From NCBI GenBank assembly GCA_000165425.1, contig CT868030.1:186001-250000 (forward strand): a stretch of 64,000 nucleotides of DNA. Reading direction: 5' to 3'. This DNA comes from Paramecium tetraurelia. Lineage: Eukaryota. The notes below the pieces were generated by a model. That model worked only from the letters and a program-made list of their open reading frames with translations. It had not been told where the DNA came from and searched no databases. Below are positions 56,101 to 64,000 of the stretch, one piece after another. Within the stretch, counting starts at the first letter, position 1. Every line of letters begins with the position of its first letter. A program made the translations under genes and the position numbers.

Positions 56101-57311
56101 ATGAAAGGGCTTAATTATGAAAGCAAATTAACTTATACTTATAGTATGTCTTTCGAATAGATGAAAAGAACGTTAGAAATAGATGGTTTTGATTGCTTTA
56201 GATTAAATGACGATTTAAAGATTATTGAATATTCAATCAATAATTCAATTGCAATTCAATTAAGTTTACTACTGTATCTATAAGTATTGTATAATTGATA
56301 ATAGAATAGGAAATTAACTTGATAAGATTTACTATTGCATAACAAATTTAATTGTGTTAACATATCTACTCGAAATACTTATAACTTAAATAATAAAATA
56401 TTTAACATAATTATTTAAGTTCTGAAAGAATTTGGTTAAAAATTCTAAATAATCACTAAATTACAATATTACCAAAAAATCTCTAATATTCCATACATTT
56501 TGTAGGTTTCGATTGTCCTTTTTATGAAAAAGATAATTAATAAAACTCTAAAACAGATGATGAATTAACCATAAAAACTATCATAATAGATATCTTGGTC
56601 TAACTGAAGAACAAAAAACTCAAAAAAAATAAATCTGATGATAAACACATAAAGCTTAAATAAATTTTTGAATTATTGTTAAATAAAGGAATATATATAT
56701 CATTTGAGAACTTCTTATGTAATGTTGATGACATTTTTTCTACTTTTAGGAATACAAATTAACGATTAAGTGACATAGTTGATAAAGAATTAACTAAATT
56801 TAATTCGAAAAGGGCATGGAGGGTCGAGAATGTTGTTGAGAATCTCAAGTAAATCATCCAAACTCATTATAAAAAAGGATAATGTTATCAATTTTAGTAG
56901 ATTTTATATTATACATTCCCAAAAATTGCTAAAGAATTAAAAACTGCAAAATTTTATGAAAATTAAGAAGCAGTAAAAAATATCAATATATATGATATCG
57001 ATCAACAATTAACAATTCATGATAATTACTTTGATGAATTAATAAATAAAAATATAGAATCAATAATGAAAGATTTTAAGTTCGAAATTGATATGTAAGA
57101 TATTAAAGAAACTATAAAATCTGAGTTACGTAATGAATTCAAGATATTAAATTATTTTCTTAATTAGGTGAAGTATCAAAATAAAGATTTTAATTAGATT
57201 TTAGCGTATTTTAATAATTTGAAAAATGATATAATAGTAAAAGTAGTCAGAAAAATATTAATTGATGAATTAAGATTGTAGATATTAAAATTAATTGATG
57301 AATTGATATGA
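56101..57311 (+). CDS. Highly divergent kinase-like (pseudokinase) protein
   Basis: ATG 56101, 26-nt intron 56284-56309. QIQLCQHIYSKYLQLKQQNIQHNYLSSERIWL..IHFVGFD resembles alphaE, catalytic loop and DFG region. TGA 57309-57311. Confidence 0.6.
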
Positions 57312-57369
57312 GTTAAATTATCTACAGATATTATTTATTTAATATTGATTTTAAATTAGCATCAATTTA

Positions 57370-59667
57370 TCAAACAGGGAATCTTGAAAGACCTATAAGA
57401 TCTTCTCTTTTGACGAATCTTTTTCCTGGAGTTATACCATTTTCAGCTTGGATTAATAATTATTCATAGATTTAGTCTCTTCTCTCTTCTTCCCAAGCTT
57501 TCATCTTATCTTTCTATGATTCAATGGCTTCATCAATTGTTTTTTTGTAGAATGCAGCTCTCTCCTTAGTTTTCATTGAAAAAAGTTCTGTCTAATCAAA
57601 AATCAACAATTTCCAATCTTGTGTAGCCAATACTTATTATTGTAATTGCAATTAAGCTCTTGGTTTTCCATTAATTGTTGTTCTTGGTGTATTTAAAACA
57701 ATAGCTATCCTATGATCTGGAAGTGTGATATTGAAAAAGTAGGTGTTATTCCAATTATAATAGGTTTTCCAATCATATTATAACTGAGTGTTGAGATCCT
57801 AAATAAATTAAATAGTTAATTACGATTTAAAAATCTATAATTTGTTAGTCTAAATGTTATCTTTCAGTCCTATTAGCCAAGAACATATTTTCAGCATTTT
57901 AACAGGCTTCTTCAAATGGTTTTAAATTCCAATGGGGAAAGAATTGTGTTATATAAAACTTAGCTTATTTGAGAGCGAAATAATTAGCTAAAGGAACATA
58001 TTCGCTTTTTGTTGCCACATTTTTTAAGAAATTAGACCAAATTTCTTAATCACTTACTTAATTAAACATGAGTCCATAGACAACATTTTACAATTCTGAA
58101 AATGAGAATTTTAACATATTCTCTTTGATCCAATTTAAGAATATAGGGTTTTGGGCAAATTCAGAATGCATGGCTGAGTATGCATAGTAAATCTTAGAAA
58201 TATTAAATATTTTATTACTCTCGATTTTTCTAAGTTTTCATATTGGTCAAAGTACTTTGAGACAAATTATTCTAAATATTTATAAGTTTCATTTGTTCCC
58301 GATTATATTCCATTGTTTCCTTTTGAGAGAGCATATAGAATATGAACTAATTAATATTCATCAGGTTCTTGTAATTAATTTTCTAGTAAAAATATTAGAT
58401 CATTAAAATCTTTATAAATTGAAATAAAATACTTGGTACTTTTAAGATAGAGACACCTAGCAGAATCCTTGTTATGTCATCCATATTATATTTTCCTTCC
58501 TTTAATGGACCAACAAAAGCATTCATAACACTCAATCTATACCTATCATTTGCTGTAACATCAAAAGACTATGCTCTCAAATGTTTTTTTGGCAAATTAT
58601 TAGCAATTGAATAAAAGGCTTAAGCCAATTTTGAATGGTTATCTTTATATTCAGGTAATAATTTGATCAAATTTTCTATTAAGACTTTAGCAAATTTATC
58701 ATGATTAAATGTTCTAAATGCATAAAGTGCTTCAATTGTTTAATCGACACTCAACTTTTCTTAAGAGACTAAATTATAAATTAAGTTGTGTAATTCATAA
58801 CTTCCAGCCTTTGGATATGTTGTTGCTAATCCTCTTTTCAATAAGATCAATTCATCAATAGTGTAGTGATGTATTTATGGTTTAACAATATTTTCAATGA
58901 CTTCCCAGATCTTATAGATATCTTCCTTATATAACAACTAATTTTGTAACATCCAAGCTATTTTTGGGATTTCCTTAAAGTTTGCCTAGCTGACTGCTTC
59001 TTTGAGCTTATTAAAAAGATCAGGCAATTTTTTATAGTGATCTTCAATGAAATAATTTGGATGATAAACTAAAATTAGAGACCAGAATTACCTCTTGATA
59101 ATTAGATTGTTGAGGCCTACTTAATTTCTTAGATGATGTTTTTGACTTCACTATGAACAGAGGGATTTGAGAGGAAATCATTTTTTCTGTTGTTATATTC
59201 AGCAAATCTTGGGCTTCTGTAATTAAAAAATAAATCCTTAGCCACTAATCTCTCAAAGTATCTGATAGGAGGATTTTCACCCCATAATTCATCTACTTAT
59301 TCTTCTTATTATTCTTGAATTGTAGTCTAGGACTTTTTGTATCGGATAAATTCATCTCTTTAGAGCTTCTATTTAACATATTTTCTTAATGGAGCTATAT
59401 ACACTTATCTAGAGAATAGTAATAAAATTACCTTGGGACTGGAACAGTATTTTTATCAAAAACGTAGAATTAAGTCTTTTTAGCATTCATATCAGGGACT
59501 TTGACATCCAATAATTTATATTTCTTATTTCCCTTTTCCTTGGAGAAAACAGTTTTTTATTCGTAATAGACGTAATCTGTCTTTGCATCCTTCTCCTTTA
59601 CAAGGTGTAATTTAGAGCTAACCATTCTATCTAAACAGAAATAATGTCGTACACAATTTCTTAACAT
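57370..59667 (-). CDS. Mitochondrial helical-repeat protein with C-terminal RAP domain (FASTK-like)
   Basis: Mito-like N-terminus MLRNCVRHYFC, helical repeats, NTYFFNITLPDHRIAIVLNTP..LQQQVLATQDWKLLIFD RAP-like segment. Confidence 0.7.
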
Positions 59668-59689
59668 TAAATTTAATTTATATATTTTA

Positions 59690-60300
59690 ATGTATTATAA
59701 CATCGAAGACATTTTGTGTGAAGATCACCTAGTAGAATGTAGATTAGAAGTTGAATTGTATAAGGGATAATTCCTAGACAAAGAAGCTCATACAGAAGAT
59801 GGAAATTTGTAAAGAGGACATGTTATGAAATTGCCCTTATGGATGGCAAAAATTATGTCTGAATAAGAATATGATGGTATTTAACTAGTTTCAGTGGAAA
59901 TTTTGGAGATTTTTGAAGATGAATTTTAGAAGGCTTTAGATGCAGATCCTTAAATTGTGAATCTAAAATATCATTCACCTTACTTTTATTAATTAGGATT
60001 CAAAATGGCGGATATGATTGCCAATGATGTTAGATTAGAACGATTTAGAGGGGCTGTTAAATTGAGAGAAACACTTATCGAGGCATTAAAGAAGAGGTAT
60101 GATCCATTGATATAAGATCAATTTAGGTGATTTTTAAATTAGTTTAATCCAAACTGGAAGAATTGAATCTATTGACCGAAGATGAAAAAGAAAATTTCTA
60201 CCTTTCTAAGAAAATCAAATTAGAATATGAAAAATGGGAATAACGATTGACCAGAAGATAAAAAAATGATATCCCCAATAAAAAACTCAAATAATTATGA
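59690..60300 (+). CDS. GINS3: GINS complex subunit Psf3
   Basis: MYYNIEDILCE, KLPLWMAK, ALDADPQIVNLKYHSPYFYQLG; two introns. Confidence 0.92.
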
Positions 60301-60347
60301 ATTCAATTAATTAATTAATTTATTTATTAAATTTTATGATTAAATGT

Positions 60348-60489
60348 AAAAGGTAATAGGTGGTTGTATAGCTAAGGGGAGATAAAACAACCAACCAATG
60401 TTTATACCTGTTAGATAAATGATTTATTATTACTATTATCTCAAATTTTCTTAGCTGAATAACTAATAATATGATAATATATTACAATA
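60348..60489 (+). ncRNA. Candidate box H/ACA-like structured RNA
   Basis: Hairpin AGGTA/TACCT plus GGTGGTTGT/ACAACCAACC with an internal loop. ANANNA box (AGATAA, 60413-60418), AT-rich second hairpin, ACA at 60484-60486. Confidence 0.35.
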
Positions 60490-61269
60490 TTATTAAAAGA
60501 GCTACACATATGATCTTAAATCTCATTTGATCTCATTTTGAAACAATCTAACCAAAAACATACTCTAGAACATCAATCTACAATTATTTCAAAATAATAC
60601 TATCCATTTTAATCACTTTTTTATAATGTAATATTTCTCATTTTTGAAAATACTATCCATAAGGATCATTTATAATTCATATTATAGATTTATTATGGTT
60701 TAATAAATCCCATTTTTATCTCTTACTAAAATTATCTATTCTGAAAAAAAGATTCAAAGATTCCATTTTTCTATCAGGGCAATATATTTTCCAAATTCAT
60801 TATTAAAACTATAACTATTATTAATTATCAATTCTAAGTCTTGCTGTATAATTCAGAGTAGAATAGGAAGACAATATCGGCATAGATATCCATCCAATAA
60901 TATCAAACTCCTCTTGTTGTGTATGCGAGATAAACTATTTGAAAATGTTGTAGATTTTGATACTTAAATTTGTTAATGAATAAATTTTTGGTAAATAATA
61001 TTTATATGCAACATTATAAATCACCTTCAATTTCCCAAAGTTTGTGAATAAAAATGCGCAAATATATATTATATAATATTCTGTATAATTAACTTTAAAT
61101 TCTTCAATCAAATTATTCTTCCATATTAATAATTTTCTAATGCAAAGTTGTCTAATCTTTAGTTCACATCAGGTGTATTTATATAAAACTTATTAAAAAG
61201 ATATATATTAATTAATTCAAAACTATTAACAATTATTTTATTTGTTATTTATTCTCAATAATTAAAATT

Positions 61270-62719
61270 ATGTAATATATTTTTTTATTGATCAGCCTGA
61301 GTGCTATATTTTGTGGTCCACCATCTGATCTTGTAGATCCTTTTTAATACGAGTACTTTAAGATTCCTTATAATAAAACTATGTATTCAGGATATTTGGA
61401 ACCTGAAGATATTCCTGATCATCATTTTCATTACATTTTTTACCCAAATGATAAAAGTGATCTTCCAGTAATATTATGGTTAAATGGTGGACCAGGATGT
61501 TCATCTCTTACAGGAGCAATGATTGAAAATGGTCCATTTGTATTCATAGGAGGAACCCCAATTTTTGAGGAAAATAAATATTCTTGGGGAAAATTTGTAT
61601 ACAATTTTAATAACAATTAAAGGCTCATATGCTTTATGTAGAGACTCCTGTTGGCGTAGGGTTTTCATATAAAAATGATGGAAATACAACTACAAGTGAT
61701 GATGTCACAGCATAAAATAATTATTATATGTTATTAGCCTTTTATCGTAAATTCCCAGAATATAAAAATAATGAATTATATATCGCTGGTGAATCTTATG
61801 CTGGAACTTACATTCCCACATTAGTGAATAAGATTATCGATAATAGTCAATCGAATATCCGAATTAGAGGAATGATGATTGGAAATGGATGTACAGATGC
61901 TTCTGAATGCACAAAAGAGGCAAAATACTTTCCATATTACAAATTTTAATTTCTTGCAAATCACAATTTTATTAGTCAAAAACTCGAAGAATATATTGAA
62001 ATTCATAAAGCAAAATGTCAATTCAATAAAGAATAGTTTTGTTAAGATCTATATCAAGACATTTTGACAGAAACCAATTTAGATGGAACTTATGAATACA
62101 ATCCATATAATATTTATGGAACTTGTTTCTAACCTCCAGTGGAAACACCTCAAGGGGAAAGAATTCCATATGCTAAAAATAAATTCGATCCCTTTGATAT
62201 AATATAAGGGCACATTCCCCCATGTTCAGATGCTGTTGGATTATATCATTATCTACGTGATGATGAATTTAGAAAAGTAATAGATATCTCAATTTTAGTA
62301 TTTAAATATTCATCCTTAAAGTGATTAATGGGCCAAATGTCAATCTCTCAATTACACAAAAGATCCCAGGGCTACTTATCATTTGTATCCAAAAATAATG
62401 GCTAAAGGAATCAAAATACTCAAATTTAGTGGTGATGTCGACGGCGTAGTACCAATAACAGGAACAATATATTGGATTGAAAAACTCTAAAAAGAATTAA
62501 GTAATTCTAATAATTTAAATAATAGATTTACCAACCATTTAATAATGGAGACCATGGTTCAAATCAAACAAATAAAATGCTGGTAATCTCTGGGAAATTG
62601 ATGGTCTATTATTTGTGAGTGTTAGAAATGCTGGACACATGGTACCTGCTGATCAAAAAGAAGCTGCATTCATTATGGCCCATAATTTCATTTTTGATGT
62701 ACCATTTTCTGAAGAATGA
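61270..62719 (+). CDS. Serine carboxypeptidase (peptidase S10)
   Basis: Signal peptide; YSGYL, LWLNGGPGCSS, AGESYAG (catalytic Ser), SGDVDGVVP (Asp), AGHMVP (His). Confidence 0.97.
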
Positions 62720-63052
62720 TTTCGCTTTCATTTAAATGAATTATACATATTACTAATTATTATCCTCCTTTTCATTTAAAATTAATAGATTTTCCGAATA
62801 CCTAAACGCAAAATATCCAATCCTCCAATATTCTCTTTTATTTTATTCTAATTTAAAATTTTTACATATATAATTTATAATTAAATGATGATATTATTAA
62901 TTTTCCTATAAGATATCAAACCTTATTTTAATGATTAAGAGCTTTTTTTCTAATTATGAAACATGAGACACTAATTGTTGTAATTTGAATAAAAATGATT
63001 CGTTTATAATTCAAAAACTGTCAATTATAATAAAATAATATATAGAAAGAGC

Positions 63053-63673
63053 TCATATATTTTTCATTAAATTTGCAAATATTTAAGTAAATCCTTATAA
63101 TAATAGTTAAATCTTTTCCTTAGCTTCTGGGAAAAGATCACTATTATCAATTAAGGCTGAAATCCTTTATTCTTCAGGCCAGGTTTTGATGATTTTTTTC
63201 CCCATAATTCTTTTTTTTTTGTCTTTTACCGCAAGCTCCTCCTCAATCTCTTTTGGGATTATTGAGGCTTCTGAGTTTTTGAGATTTTTATAATATCGAT
63301 TCTTCAGCATATTCATTGTTTTTCCAGGGAAGTACTTTGTGATCTTTGAAAACTTGGGTCCTAATTTTTTGACAAGAAGCAACAGTATTCGATCTTCCTC
63401 TGGATAAAATATCGAGTTTGAAGCTTTCCCATTTGAATCCAAATAACTTCTTTGCTTCTCTTTTATGTATTTGTAAAGTGCACTGCTTCTGTCTTTGTCT
63501 CCATAAATAATGCATTTTCTTCTTTAATGAGTTTTTTTCTGATTACTTTTTGAGATAGTGGCATTCGTTTCTTAGCTTTAAGTAACTTGGTTGAAAAAGA
63601 GAAAGGAATTTGATAATTAGTCACAATCATTCAGTACTAATGAGTCTTCATATTAGTGTTTGAGAGAGATCAT
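63053..63673 (-). CDS. Single-repeat Myb/SANT domain protein
   Basis: FYPEEDRILLLLVKKLGPKFSKITKYFPGKTMNMLKNRYY; intronless, ATG 63673, TGA 63053-63055. Confidence 0.88.
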
Positions 63674-64000
63674 GTTAATTTAATTAATATATCCCACCAC
63701 AAAAATCTTATTTATATAGCATTAAAAGATAATTGGAGCAGTTTAAATTGGTTGAAAACGTTTATATACTCAAATTTATCTATAACACCATTTGCTTATA
63801 TAAGGCTTAAATCATAATTTTATAGGTTTTCTAATTCAATCATTGTTGTATTTTTTTAATTCGGTAATCTAAAATGGTACATTAAACACTCAAATATAAA
63901 GTTAAATTATTTAGTGATGTAACGAATTAGGTCTCAAGCAAATATTTGAATTTCACAACTAAATTTAAATTTAAAAAGTCTTTATATTATTATATAACCC

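Noticed and set aside
60835..60935. Short hairpins (GTCTT/AAGAC, GCATA/TATGC)
   Set aside because: The stems are only about 5 bp with no terminal ACA, and the region could equally be a coding relic on the minus strand

Overview
Gene-dense, very AT-rich eukaryotic DNA that reads as ciliate macronuclear sequence, almost certainly Paramecium (aurelia-like). TAA/TAG encode Gln and TGA is the only stop. Genes are cut by tiny (~21-31 nt) GT..AG introns and intergenic gaps are often only tens of bp, so the supplied standard-code ORF track is fragmentary and partly antisense. By manual translation I resolve about 27 well-supported protein genes plus 3 tentative ones. These include a Nup155-like nucleoporin, two pseudokinases, V-ATPase subunit A, a trichocyst matrix protein, three divergent Bax-inhibitor-1/TMBIM-like proteins, a hybrid histidine kinase, a kelch protein, two paralogous ~8.4 kb cysteine-rich/beta-helix multi-TM surface proteins, SF3A1, SF3B4, a kelch phosphatase (PPKL/BSU1-like), an H-type lectin, a CDPK, a RAP-domain protein, GINS Psf3, a serine carboxypeptidase, a Myb protein and several orphans. 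The most notable observations are: a probably catalytically dead PPKL; two single-base frame breaks in V-ATPase A, both at Val codons; TMBIM paralogues lacking the di-aspartate sensor; extreme gene packing (an ATGA stop/start overlap and ATGs 8 nt apart); introns that must skip a proximal AG; and a candidate H/ACA-type ncRNA. I saw no CRISPR array, transposon, rRNA, tRNA or telomere. All calls come from reading by eye; no database search was run.
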